Assembly: GCA_951406725.2 (NCBI GenBank)
Contig: OX597819.1
Span: forward strand, 744,001 to 808,000
Length of the DNA stretch: 64,000 bases
Source: Octopus vulgaris
Taxonomy: Eukaryota
Direction of reading: 5' to 3'
In this document: positions 49,509-62,787 of the stretch, piece after piece
Position numbering within the stretch: the first letter of the stretch is position 1
Layout of the letters: every line of letters starts with the position of its first letter
The notes under the pieces: generated by a model
Told to the model about the DNA's origin: nothing
Seen by the model: only the letters and a program-made list of their open reading frames with translations
Databases searched by the model: none
Translations under genes and position numbers: made by a program

Positions 49509-52000
49509 TATTATTATGTATGTATGTATATAGGTATGTATGTATGTATGTATAACAATAATAATAGTAATAATAATAATAATAATAAAAATAAAAATAA
49601 AAAATTTAAAAATATAAAATATATATATATATATAAAAAAATTTTTTTAAATGTATATAGTTATTGACTTCCATTTGTTTATTTATCTGTGTATTTTATT
49701 TTATTGTTTTCAGTTTTGTTTATATTGTAACCAGTTTATGGGGATCCTCTTCTGTCATATGTTGTGGTGTGTGCTAGTGTTCCATTCCAGTTTCCTATTC
49801 AGGCTAGGTTTATCTTCTATTATGTGTGTAGCTTCCGTAATTTGTCTGATTGTTGCATCTGTTCTATGTGTGGACAAGATTTTAACTTCTATGTTGTTGA
49901 TTGGGCCCCCGTGTTCAGAACCGATGAGCTCTTTCCTTCCTTAAGTTCTCTCCAATGTTCATTTACCCGCTCTCCTATGCTCTGTGCCGTTTCCCCTACA
50001 TATGTCATTGTCTTGTTACTGCATTGTCCCTCTGTACATCTTATACTATAGACTACATTTCTGGCTTTACAGTTTGTTTGTGGGCTAAATCTACACACAG
50101 TACAGTACCTATCCATACAGGGGGTTCTACTAAAAGGGTAGGTTCTACCGATTATGGATTTGATAGGGTTGCCTGGCTTTTCAACAACCTTAATCCTTCA
50201 CTTAAGTTTGTCTAGGGTCCTTCTAAAATGGTACGCCAGTTCACCTCTAGGGGTGGTGTCGATGAACAGACACTCTGGTATTTGTGGCTATCACACCAAG
50301 AGTTGGCCTTCCCTATTTTCTTCTTTGTCCTTTCAATAGTGTTCCATGACTTGCTCCTATAGAGTGAGCAAATCTCATTCCTATCATTACATAAGATAGT
50401 ATCAAATTTCTTCATGGCTCCTTTGTATACTCTGATCCTTTCTTTATGGCTGTAACCTGAGAACTGCATGCGGTGAACGAAATGTTGTATGTGTCTCTTT
50501 AACTCTGTAGACTCGCACATGTGGGACACATTTCGCATTATTCTGATGAGGTCTGCCATCAAAATATTGAATTTGGCATTGTCCACGATAGCTGAGTTCC
50601 AGTGGATCAAGTATTTGGAGGCCATAGGTTTGGCATAGTACGAATGAAGGATTCGGGTTTTATTATTCTCAATTTCTAGCCAGAGTTCTGTGTCTTGTAC
50701 TGGTAGTCTATGGTTAGAGTGTTTAGTAGGATAGTCTATTGTGACCTTAATACTCTGGTGGATGGAGTTAGCTATTTGCTGAATGCTCTCCATAGTATTA
50801 GTTTCTATTTCTATTTCAAGAGTACTCTCTTGTGGGGGTGCCTTTACCACTCTGTTGATATCATCAACATAGCGAGAGTACATGTTTATGAGTATGGAGT
50901 TCTGTGTTAGGCGTTCCTTAAGCCTTCTGTCCCACCATACCATGAAAAGGTTGGCCACATCACCAGCGATACTAACGCCAATGGCTGCCCCTTCGTCCTG
51001 GGCATATATTTTATTGTTAAACTTAAATGTGTGGCCTTTTAGGGTAACTATTACACTAGCTCCTAGTGCATGTGCAATCATTTTCTTTACCTGATGGACA
51101 TTTGCGGGGCTCCGTATGACTCTGGTCCATCCGCGCCATCTCTCTATATGGGTCTTCCAAGCCATAGAAATAATTGTGGGTGGTCTACCTCTTAAACGTC
51201 TACTGGGGCAGAAACTACTAAGATCATGCTTATCTAGGTATTCGTTGTCATATGTCAGTTTAAGTAAGAGGCCCAGTTCCTCTGTGTTGACATTGCGGAA
51301 CTCCACCTTGCTCTTGTTGATGATTTCCACGCACTTCTCCACCGCAAAATCCATGTCGATCAATGGGTATAGGGATACCACATCCATGCTACCCACCATA
51401 CATCCTGTCAGGTCGCAAGTGTTGTTACAGTCATTGATCCTGCTGAGTAGATCTTCTGTGCTGTCACAAACATCAGGTGACATCCGGATTATAGGGCGTA
51501 TGATCATTGAGAGGAAGTAGGAGATTCTGTAGTTGCTAGCGATATTCGCTCCACAGACTGGTCTTGTTGGTGGTCCTGCTACAGGGTCAGTGGTTACTTT
51601 ATGGTCCTTGCGAAGTCCATACAGTGCCAGGATATCATTGTTCCAGGCTTGGAAATTGTTAGCTGTGTGTTTCTGGGGTCCCAGAACAATTGTCTACTTC
51701 ATCATGTGGGTGTTGAGGACCTTTTCTCTCTCCTCATGCACCTGTAAAGTTGTTACTTTCATATTGGCGATATGAGGTTGCATTGCTTGGATGTAGTTCG
51801 GTAAGCTGTCCATTGACATCCTGCCGGACTTATCTGTGGGAAGGCATATCACCTCTCCATTCCTCATGTCCTGAATGAGCTTACATAGGCCACATGCAGG
51901 TTTAATCCCGAGTTGTTGGGCCTCTGTCTTATTCTGTCTCTGTCTCTTAGTGTATAATCCTAAAATCTGTCTAAGTCTGGTCCTAGCTATAGGTTTCAAC
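49034..52000 (-). mobile_element. Penelope-like element (Neptune-type), 5'-truncated, pseudogenised RT + GIY-YIG endonuclease
   Basis: LPTDKSG, YGLRKDHK...TRPV, SMDVVSLY, GAAIG, RYVDDI, Cys linker CMDRYCTVC, VVYSIRC...YVGET...R..EH; stops and frameshifts; 3' terminal repeat 49034-49251. Confidence 0.93.
49150..49194 (-). ncRNA. Hammerhead-like variant in the PLE terminal repeat
   Basis: GGACCA-CTGATGCG-GTCACA(GGAG)TGTGAC-GAAA-GAAC-TC-TGGCC; core differs from CUGANGA. Confidence 0.6.
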
Positions 52001-52151
52001 AATTTTTGACTAATTCTGAAATTGTATCAGCAGTTTATATTTGCTGCTGAGTAGTTGGCGCGGTTACGTTGGATTTCGAAAAATTAGGATATATATACTC
52101 GGGGCTTCAGTGGTATCGCCTCGTGTGTATATGGTCGCCTTTTCTTTTGGG

Positions 52152-52248
52152 ACTTTGCTGATGAAACAAACCAATCGTAAATGGATTTAATTTAATTTAA
52201 TTAAGTTCGATTGCGTAAAAATTGTTGAAACCGTGTAGGGTACAAAGT
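52152..52248 (+). ncRNA. Type-I hammerhead ribozyme with extended stem II
   Basis: ACTTTG-CTGATGA-AACAA...TTGTT-GAAA-CCGTGTAGG-GTA-CAAAGT. Confidence 0.8.
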
Positions 52249-52642
52249 TGGAAAGGATAAATGTTTTTATTTCTCCTTTAGCTTTCAGAATTACTACTAT
52301 TTTTGCGGTTTGAGTTTTGGCTGCTCTTTTCAAGTGAGTCGAACGACCTGTAAGGGTCTTTCCTTAATATTTTGTTGAATATATTATATAGTCTGTGACT
52401 ATTTCTATTTTCTCACTTGACCGCTGGTTGCAGAAAATTTTTCTTGAATTTTTTCTTGAATTTTTTTGCTACCCAATATTGATAAATTAATAATTTTTGA
52501 CTAATTCTGAAATTGTATCAGCAGTTTATATTTGCTGCTGAGTAGTTGGCGCGGTTACGTTGGATTTCGAAAAATTAGGATATATATACTCGGGGCTTCA
52601 ATGGTATCACCTTGTGTGTATATGGTTGCCTTTTCTTTTGGG

Positions 52643-52739
52643 ACTTTGCTGATGAAACAAACCAATCGTAAACGGATTTAATTTAATTTAATTAAGTTCG
52701 ATTGCGTAAAAATTGTTGAAACCTTGCAGGGTACAAAGT
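52643..52739 (+). ncRNA. Type-I hammerhead ribozyme (second copy), palindromic stem III
   Basis: ACTTTG-CTGATGA-AACAA...TTGTT-GAAA-CCTTGCAGG-GTA-CAAAGT; ACCTTGCAGGGT is self-complementary with G-U pairs. Confidence 0.85.
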
Positions 52740-52867
52740 TGGAAAGGGATAAATGTTTTTATTTCACCTTTAGCTTTCAGAATTACTATTATTTTTGCGG
52801 TTTGAGTTTTGGCTGCTCTTTTCAAGTGAGTCGAACGACCTGTAAGGGTCTTTCCTTAATATTTTGT

Positions 52868-52908
<41 letters not shown>

Positions 52909-53046
52909 CATATATAATTTACAATATAAGGGCAAAAGAAAAATTCTAATGCCAAATATGCCGAAAAAAAGACAAAGATTGTCAATTAACCATTATAATT
53001 TATGTGTCTTGAAACAAACCGATAGAAATTTCTAAAAAATTCGTTA

Positions 53047-53106
53047 TTACCGTATTGGACCAATTTCGGAGTTAATTCATAAGAATTTTCTCCTCTTCAG
53101 CGGCAA
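53047..53106 (-). ncRNA. Type-I hammerhead ribozyme, canonical core
   Basis: TTGCCG-CTGAAGA-GGAG...CTCC-GAAA-TTGGTCCAA-TA-CGGTAA. Confidence 0.88.
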
Positions 53107-53516
53107 ATACGCGAGATATAAGTGAAATACTTACTCATACCCATGGAAAAAGCAAACACCAAGTCCTGAGCAGACCTAAGTACCCCAAATATATCCAAAA
53201 TAGAAAATCTTTGGCATGTCTCAAGACACGTGTGATTCGAACTAGAAACTTTCACAGAGTGATAGAATCCGGAAGTGAACACTATTCAATTTATAACTAA
53301 TGTAGGATAAAATTTTTTTCGGGAAAAAAAATTTCATCAATGGCCAGCATATCAAAAAATACCTTTAAAGGTTAAATTTATAAATAATTTACAATATAAG
53401 GGCAAAAGAAAAATTCTAATGCCAAATATGCCGGAAAAAAGACAAAAATTGTCAATTAACCATTATAATTTATGTGTCTCGAAACAAACCGATAGAAATT
53501 TCTAAAAAATTCGTTA

Positions 53517-53576
53517 TTACCGTATTGGACCAATTTCGGAGTTAATTCATAAGAATTTTCTCCTCTTCAGCGGCAA
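53517..53576 (-). ncRNA. Type-I hammerhead ribozyme (identical second copy)
   Basis: Same sequence as 53047-53106, 470 bp away. Confidence 0.88.
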
Positions 53577-53977
53577 ATACGTGAGATATAAGTGAAATAC
53601 TTACCCATGGAAAAAGCAAACACCAAGACCTGAGCAGTTTGTTTCGAGACGCATAAATTATAATGGTTAATTGACAATTTTTGTCTTTTTTTCGGCATAT
53701 TTGGCATTAGAATTTTTCTTTTGCCTTCATATTGTAAATTATTTATAAATTTAACCTTTAAAGGTATTTTTTGATATGCTGGCCATTGATGAAATTTTTT
53801 TCCTGAAAAAAATGTTATCCTACATTAATTATATTACATATATAGAGAGGAAAGGAAGCCAGAAAGGGTGTAAAATAAGAAGGAGAGAGACAGACCAAGG
53901 TGGCCACTCCACATTTGGAAAATCAATAATCCAGAAAGACTTTGGAAACAAAGTTTCTGGAAAATCAATGTTGTAGC

Positions 53978-54010
<33 letters not shown>

Positions 54011-54071
54011 AGCATTTGATATACTTTGTAGTATATTATAGCTGCACAACAAAATATGGTGTCCCTACAAG

Positions 54072-54135
<64 letters not shown>

Positions 54136-54847
54136 ATTAAGTAATGCAAAATAAATGTCAGTTGTGATTGATGAAAATCAATAAAAATATTTTTGGTGTT
54201 AATATATATCTAGCAAAAGCATCATAAACAGAAGTATTGAATAGTTAAAGATATTGTGATTTTTCTGCTAAAATGGTATTTGTATTTAAGAGTGATGAAT
54301 GAAACAGAAATGAATTTTTTCTGTCTAGTGATCTTATATGTAAAAATAGTCATGATAGATTTGATTCAAAAGTTTTTCATTTTCCTTTTATTTAACATTA
54401 TCAATTATTGAAATGAGTTAATTTGGTAGAAAATGTTTTGATAAGAACTGGGTGAAAAAGAAAGAAATTAATAAAAACATGGTAAAAATTTGATTGCTCT
54501 TCTTAGAAGCTCTTTCATTGACTTGTGAAAAAAAAACCCAATTTTTTTTTTACATCAAGGATATCAAACCTTTAAGGCCTGGATTGAAGCACAAACTAGA
54601 TCTCATGATCTGAAAAGAGACAATTATTCCTAAAAACATTATTTGTAATGTTAATAAATGAATAAAGTACCAATGAATATTATTACAGCATTATTAACAA
54701 TAAAGAAAAGTAAAATTATAAGGTATTAGCAAAATTTATGGGGTGAAATGAATGGGAAAAACTTATCTACAAAGTGTATATGCTGCACTATTAGGGATGA
54801 GTTGTTAGGATTAGAACAGAACTTGAAATATGTCAAATGAATGCATA

Positions 54848-54898
54848 CAGCTCTGAAGAAGACTGATGCTTGCTAGAAAGCTTGCACTGCTTCAGCTG
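54848..54898 (+). ncRNA. Degenerate hammerhead-like motif
   Basis: CAGCT-CTGAAGA-(weak stem II)-GAAA-GC...GCT-TC-AGCTG. Confidence 0.45.
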
Positions 54899-55599
54899 GA
54901 AAAACTTTTTCAGTATTGTACATATGACTAAGGTGGTGAGCTGGCAGAATTGTTAGTACTATGGGCAAAATGATCAGCAGCATTTCATCTATCTTTATAT
55001 TCTGAATTCAAATCCTGCTGAGGTTGACTTTGCCTTTCATCCTTTCAGGGTTGAGAAAATAAGTGCCACTGAGCATTGGGGTTGATGTAATTGGTTTATC
55101 CCCTCCCTCAAACTTGCTGGCCTTGTGCCAAAATTTGAAATCAATATTATATATTTCACTAGAATCCATTCAAGAAAACGTATCTAACTTTAAAAAAATA
55201 GAAAAAATAAAAACTTATTTGGCTTAACAAAAGTGAAGGGGAAATATGTCGTACATTTAAGTATATGGATTTATTAACTTCTTTTTCATTGGTTATTATA
55301 ACAAAAGATTCCTTAAGGTGCGCTGATCTGACTAATTTGAAATGGCGTTAATCCTGACTCTAGCTGGGCTCTGAATGTATGTCAGTGAAATATATCTGTA
55401 TCTATCTATCTATCTATCTGTCTGTCTGTCTGTCTGTCTATATATATATAAATACATGAAACTGAGCCCATGGCCACAGTAAACATTGATGTGGACTGGA
55501 TCCAGCCTGCAGAACATATTATGTTTGACATCCTTGTTTAAATTCTATGGTGAATGAACTGAGTCTCTTAAATCAACTTTAGTAATTTATTTATGGCTT

Positions 55600-56260
55600 T
55601 ATAGACAAATGTTGAAGATACCCCTGTTAATACCAATGTTGAGTTTCAACAACATTGTATACCTGCTCTTTTATGTAGCCCCCTTCAGCTATCACTTTCT
55701 TCAACTTCTCAGGACAATTAGTAGCAGCCTCTGTATCAGTGCTTCCAGTTTCACCTGTCATTGTTATGTTGTGCAAATTCATGCATTTCTTAAACTTTTC
55801 AAACCAGCCTTTACAAACCAAAAAGGGATTTTCAATTGAAGTTTCACCTTCCTTTTTCTGCAAATCATATAAACTTTTGGCTCTTTTTTTCTGCATTACC
55901 ATCATGTTTATCAGCAGATTATGCTGATTCTGATTCTCAATCTACACACTCAAAAGTCATCCCATTTTAAGTATTACATTAGATCTAATGAAAAACAATG
56001 TTTGGGCAGTTAATAAAGTAGCTTTTTAAGCATTTCACATAATTTTATCTCTGTTATCATGTATTGTTCTCACTGTAGATGTTGCAACACTTTATGTTTT
56101 GGCAATACAACTTACTTTTTTTCCTGCATCAAGCCTTTTTTCGAACATCAAGTTTAATATCCAGTATAATCCCTTTACAATTCTTTTTCACACTAATTTC
56201 TTCAGTTCTACTTGATAGCATTCTTTCAGACATCTTAAAAGGTAAATCCAACCATAGTGG
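55600..56260 (-). mobile_element. Tigger/pogo-like transposase fragment
   Basis: KGWFEKFKK...GETGSTDTEAA...GGYIKEQVYNVVET (CENP-B HTH to start of DDE). Confidence 0.8.
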
Positions 56261-56328
56261 TTATCAATTATTCCCAACATATTGTTTGTCTCCATTTTAG
56301 ATTAATCCAAAATGGAAACAAATACCAA

Positions 56329-56370
<42 letters not shown>

Positions 56371-56469
56371 AGAGTAAGCACATAAATGTGAAACAAGGTG
56401 GAAAAAATAGTACTTGAATACTGGAGGTAGAGTAATATGCTTTATTAATAAAGCTGCAACGACATCCCA

Positions 56470-56515
56470 AAAACTGTTACTCAAAGTTTCACATTCCCAT
56501 TTGTCGGACAGTTTT
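56470..56515 (-). ncRNA. Degenerate hammerhead-like motif in a short repeat next to (TA)n
   Basis: AAAACTGT-CCGACAA-ATGGGAATGT-GAAA-CTTTGAG-TA-ACAGTTTT (8-bp stem I, mutated core). Confidence 0.5.
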
Positions 56516-59263
56516 GGTTCTGTCCAAAACTGTCCAACGAACAGTTTTATAACAAAATCCAGTGACTACAGAAATCTGGAGATATTAATTTGCATAATGT
56601 ATTTAACATTTTATTTAATATCAGAAGCGTGTCAATGGGGATTTCAGTGCACACAGTATCAGGGTATGATTAAAAGTTGAAGGTCAGTTAGTTTCTGGTC
56701 ATCCCAACCTCTGTTGTGCCACTGCTTTTGTAGCTGATTGTGCTGCAATGTGGCTTCAGTGCTGTGCAACACTTTATCCACTTAAAACAGATTCAGGAAC
56801 ATTTTGGACTTTCAGAATGTTTACTCAGACTTACAGTGTTTAGGAAGTAGTGTTACTTGGATATTAGTTGATTTCCACCTAATACATATATACACATATA
56901 TATGCAAATGTATACACATACATGCTTAATACACATACACACATATTAAATTACAATATTGAGAGAATTATATAGCTGCACAAGTGTGGCTGTATGGTAA
57001 GAAATTGCTTCCCAACCACTTGGTTCCTGGTTCAATTCTTCTGGGGAAGAGTTTTGTACTAAAGCTCCAGGCCAGCCAAAGCCTTGTGAGTGGATTTGGT
57101 AGATGGAAACTGAAAGAAACCTGTCTCATATATATGTGTGGTGGTTTGTATGTGTATGTGTATGTATGTGTGTGTAGGTGCTTACATGCGTATCTGTGTG
57201 TGTGTGTGTGTTTGTCCTCCACCACTGCGTGACAGCTGATGGTGCATTTACATCCCTGTAACTCAGCAGTTTAGCAAAAGAGACTGATAGAATAAGTACC
57301 AGGCTTATAAAAAAAGAACTAAGTACTGGAGTTGATTTGTTCTCCAAGGCAGTACCCCAGCATGCTCACAGTCTAAGGAGTGAAACAAGTAACAGCAAGA
57401 ATAAATATACAGCTATCAATTGCAAAGAGCTTTCTCAGTATGTTGTATGCGTTTAATTAATTAGTTGCAATACTGTGGAGGCAACATATAATAATCAACA
57501 CCTGAAGGTATAACAGATTATATGAGAGATTAGAGTTGACATAATTAATGTAGTGAACCAAGGAAATTTAACTAATTGCAATTACATCAATGATTAAAAT
57601 TACATCTATAAAGTAACATCAACTTATTTATCAAATGGGTGAATAAAGAAAGGGGAGACAACCTATAGTTAAAAAGTATGTTCTGGGTAGTAAGGTTAGA
57701 CAACTCTGAATATATTTCTGTATTATTAGATCTCCTTAGCAAAGTATAGCATTTCCAGTGATGATAGATTGATAGAGTATATGGGAGCAAGATGAAAGGT
57801 ACAGTATTCATTGATAAAAGCTACAATGTTTTCATGACTATTACATTTTTGTTGAACCAAAGTGGTCACTTGTGGAAATTGTAAAACTTATCTTCAGACA
57901 TTGTATTAAAATTTACATGTTTTTTCTTAATGTTCTATTCAAAATACTAAGTTAAATATTTGATTTTCCAATGGCCTTAAAACATAATAATACAAAAGGA
58001 CAACTACAGATTGCTTGCCTAACACTTACATTAATTAGAACACCTATTGTTAAACAATATGCTAAACATTATGCCAGAGATGAAAAAAAAGTCTTGTTTT
58101 AAAGTATTGATATTCTCAAACACCAAAGTATTTATACTTCTATTTCATTAGTTTAATCTGCTGCTGTCCTCTAGATCAAAACTTTCTAAATCTTTTTTTC
58201 CTCCATAATTATTGATTATCAAATACAAAATCAATAACTTTTCTTCTCAAAATATCTTTACATCAATAGATTCAGTGACGTTACTGTTGACATTACTCCA
58301 ACCCCTTATTAATTCCATTAATTGCTTCAGTGTGATATTATCTAAGACTTCATTTATTTTATTGTTAATCTTTTATCTTTTACTTGTTTCAGTCATTGTA
58401 CTGTTGCCATACTGGAGCATCACCCTGAAAGGTTTACTTGAACAAATTGGCCTCAATACTTACTTTTAAGCTTGTTACTTATTGAATCACTCCTTTTGAC
58501 TAAACTGCTAAGTTATGTCAAGTAATGGTAGTGGTGAGGAAAAGACAATCACACACACAAATTGTTAGATATACACCACACCACAACACACACACAGATA
58601 CACTTACATATATATACATATAAATATATATATGTACATGCACACACACACACATACATATTTTATATTTATATATATATATACATACATACACATATAT
58701 ATACATATACATATGTGTGTGTATATATATATATATATATATTATATGTATGTATATATATGCATATATATATAAATACACACACACACACACACACCTA
58801 CACACATATACATATGTATGTATGGAGCCTGGTGCAGCCATCTGGTTTGCCAGTCCTCAGTCAAATCGTTCAACCCATGCTAGCATGGAAAGCAGATGTT
58901 AAACGATGATGATGATGATGATGATGATGATATATATATATATATTGGCAAAAGAGACCGATAGAATAAGTACTAGGCTTACAAAGAATAAGTTCGGGGG
59001 TCGATTTGTTTGACTAAAGGCAATACTCCAGCATGGCCGCAGTCAAATGACTGAAACAAGTAAAGTATGAAACAATAAAAAAATATATAAATAATGAAGA
59101 TATTATTAATAAATAATAATAATATAGGTGGCTAGTTAGCAAAATAACCAAAAGGCAAAAATATAAACAAGAGTACTTCGGAAAATGACTTAGGAAAATA
59201 GTGCTATTATGTGGAACCAACACCAATACTAATGCTTTTGTGTGGCACCTTGGATTTTGGATG

Positions 59264-59411
59264 TCAATTCTGCTGTGGTGATCGGGTCTTCTTGAGTGCA
59301 ACAATGAACCGCATATCTTGGTCCTCTGTCAATTCCTTCAGAAGGCTCTCATTCGTTAATTGCACAGTCTCATTTTCCTTCACATCTGCATTCTGATGAT
59401 TCATCAGCTTT
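59264..59411 (-). CDS. Probable terminal coding exon of an unidentified gene
   Basis: Acceptor TTTTATAG|A; only one open frame, KLMNHQNADVKENETVQLTNESLLKELTEDQDMRFIVALKKTRSPQQN*; non-repetitive and GC-richer than flanks. Confidence 0.5.
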
Positions 59412-60465
59412 CTATAAAATTTGATATAATTTTTTTCTTAGAAATAATAAGTTAAATTAGCCTTACTTAATTTTGTGTCAGATAATTTCAAGCTTTATGT
59501 GACTGCAAGTATGGTTGTATTTTAGGAAGTTCCCTTGGCCACCATGGGGTTTTTGTTTGATCCAATTGCACAACACCTTAGGCAACTGTCTTTTACCATG
59601 GTATTGTGTAGGCCAATCCTTTTAAATGGAATTAGGTAGATGGAAACTGTGCAGAAGCCTACCATATGTGTTTATCTTTAGACATTGTATATCCTCAAAG
59701 GGTATAAAAATCAGAAATAAAACTAAAAAAAAATGTTTTTTAATGGAACTCCTTGTGATATTTGTTCTGCCTTAGTTTTATACTCACTACTTCCTTTTCC
59801 CAGTTGGCAGTGAATCAAGAATTGGATAGTTGGAACTAAATAACAAACTGAAAAAGAAGAAAGAAAATTGAAACAGTTTTAGTTTTGCATGTTTAAATAG
59901 TTTCTCATGAATTTTAGATGAGAAGTTTAGTAGAATTTATTATTTTTTTAATCTTAATTGCATTTGAAGCTTTTAAGTGATTAAGACATTTTGTTTGTTT
60001 TTTCTCTCATCTTATTTCAAATTTTGGTTGTCATTATGGACAGAAATTCTATAAATGGCTATTCTTCACTCCATTATGGACTTTGTTTTTACCAATACCA
60101 TTATGAGTATTGATTATCAGACTATGTCTTGTATTTCCTGGCAATCACATCTTAGTAAACCATAACCCTTTTGATATTAGCCTTCCTGAAAATGTCCCTG
60201 GATTTATGATACAATCTACCTGTTGTAAATGTTAAAGCTCTCCATCAAAACATTTTGTTAAATTATGTTCCAAAGATAAGCTTAAAATAAATTAAATAAA
60301 ATTTTCAGCAGCTTTGTGGTAAGAAGTTTACTTTTCAACCTTATGGTTCTGGTTTCAGTCCTACATGTGGCACCTTGTGCAAGTTAGGGTTAGGGCTACT
60401 ATAGCCTTGGGCCAACCAAAGCCTTGTGAGTGGATTTGGTGGAGAGAAACTGAAAGAAACCCATC

Positions 60466-60562
<97 letters not shown>

Positions 60563-60602
60563 CATACATACATACGTACACACACACAGACACACACACA
60601 CA

Positions 60603-60641
<39 letters not shown>

Positions 60642-60676
60642 AGACACTCATACATATATATGCATGTATGTATATA

Positions 60677-61908
60677 TAGGGGCTGGGCAAAATATTGGAA
60701 AAACCTTAAAATTTCAAAAAAATTAATTTTAATATGGGGTAGGACCACCTTTGGCAGTAATTACAGCTTGAATTCTACCGGGTATGGACTCATACAAAGT
60801 TTGAATTGTTTCCAAAGGACTTTTAGTCCATTCTTCAGCTAAAACACTCTCCAGTTCTTGTAGTGATGATGGTGGAGGATATCGACTATTTACTTGTTTT
60901 TCTGAAATGTATTGAGATCTGGGGACTATGGTGGCCAGATAAGATGTTCGACTTCACTATAAGGTTTCTTGTGCCATTCAGTAAAAACTTTAACTGTGTG
61001 AATTGGTGCATTATCATCCTGAAAGATTGCATTTCCCTCTGGAAAATGTTCTGTAACCATAGGATGGATTTGATCAGATAAAATGCTTACATAGTCTTGA
61101 CTATTAATTCTACCATGAAGGGAAGCCAGCGGATTTCCAAGATGTAGACCCCCAGATCATCGCAGATCCTCCTCCATGTTTAACAGTTGGAAGAAGGCAG
61201 TGTGGGTCAAATGCTTCTTTTGACTGTCTCTACATGTATACCTGGCCGGTGTTCAGAAATATGGTAAAGGATGACTTATCCGAGAAAATAACATTCTTCC
61301 ACTGCTCTAGGGAACAATTCTGTAGGATTTTATTCCACTCTAAACACTTTGCAACATTTGTTTTTGAAAGTAGTGGTTTTCTGATTGCAGCCCTCCCATG
61401 AAATCTGGCTTTGTGCATCCCCTGGTGAATAGTTTTTGTAGAAACTGGGTTCTTGAGGTGACCATTAAACTCTGCAGCAATTTTGGGAGCTGTACTTTTG
61501 TGATCCTTTCTCACAATTCGCCTAAGTGTCCAACGGTCCCTATCTGACAGTTTTGGTTTTCTTCCAGAGTTTTGTTTCGATGAGGTTTTTCCTTCTTTCT
61601 CAAAGGCTATCATTACTTTTGAGACAGTTCTTCTTGATACGCCAAACATTTTGGCTGTTTTCATTACGCTAACACTGGCCATACAATCACCAATAATTTG
61701 ACCTCTTTGAAAGTCTGATAGATCTGTCATTTTAATGAATTTAAATTACCTTTTTCTGATGATATCTGAAAAGAAACAGCGATTTTAGTAAAACATATTA
61801 AGAAACACTAATAATAAATCAAAAATTATAAAAATAAACAAGCATTTGACAGATACTTCAATATTATGATATTATGATGCTAGGCGTTTCCATTAATTTG
61901 TCTAATCC

Positions 61909-61912
<4 letters not shown>
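60677..61912 (-). mobile_element. Tc1-like transposon (same family as 17435-18645)
   Basis: MTDLSDFQRGQIIG...WKNVIFSDKSSF; TIRs at both ends with TA flanks. Confidence 0.92.
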
Positions 61913-61969
<57 letters not shown>

Positions 61970-61977
61970 CACACACA

Positions 61978-62013
<36 letters not shown>

Positions 62014-62740
62014 TCTATGAGTGTGTGTGTGTGTTTGTGTCTGTGTTTATCCCCACTGCTGCTTGACAACCAGTGTTGGTGTGTTAATGTCTCTGTAACT
62101 TAGCTGTTTGGCAAAAGAGACCACTAGAATAATTACTAAACTTAAAAAAGAATAAGTCCTGGAGTCGATTTGTTCAACTAAAACCCTTCAAGGCAGTGCC
62201 CCAGCATGGCCACAGTCCAATGACTGAAACAAGTGAAAGATAAAAGATAAAAGATCAGTTGAAACAAACAAAGTGCACGTCAACAGAAATATGGTAGCAA
62301 AAGGGTTAAACCACTTTATTTGTTGTATCAGGAAATAAACTAATTGATCATAATGGAATTATTTTAAAAATTAAGGAACAAAATGTATATTAGTACTTCA
62401 AATGAAAGTAATGTTACTTATTTTACATTATTATGATAGATACTGACATCACCTAAACTTCAGATAGGATAAAGTACCGTGTTAGGTTCTATTAATTGAC
62501 AATAAGGACACGTATAACGTTTATGATCTGTTTAGATGGCTTGCTAGATGTAGCTGATAGTTTTTGTTGTTGGTGGAGGCTGTTGTGGAAACATAATAAC
62601 TGGAATAAAGTAAAGGAGAGGAGATGTTCAGGGAATAGATTTTTACAAATGTTGTAACAAAGGGTTATCGTTATGGATGCTTTAAGGGGGAAAAAAGTCA
62701 TATTCCACAAGGTAACTTAAAGATATACTAGATCACTTAC

Positions 62741-62787
62741 GCTACTTTTTGTGTAATTTTTTCTGATTAGCTATTTTAGTAGCCAAT
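62741..62787 (-). CDS. Putative small exon of the same unidentified gene
   Basis: TTTTTATCAG|ATTGGCT...AAAAAGTAGC|GTAAGT; reads (x)LATKIANQKKLHKK*. Confidence 0.4.

Larger units (their letters stand above)
52001..52869 (+). mobile_element. Non-coding tandem array (491-bp unit, ~1.8 copies) with one hammerhead per unit; retrozyme/pLTR-like
   Basis: AATTTTTGACTAATTCTG at 52001 and 52492; ends in (TA)n. Confidence 0.85.
52917..53829 (-). mobile_element. Non-coding hammerhead retroelement: 470-bp unit x ~1.5, inverted 5' segment, 15-bp TSD
   Basis: Units start 52914 and 53384; 53638-53827 is the reverse complement of 53298-53489; TATATTACATATATA at 52902-52916 and 53830-53844. Confidence 0.88.
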
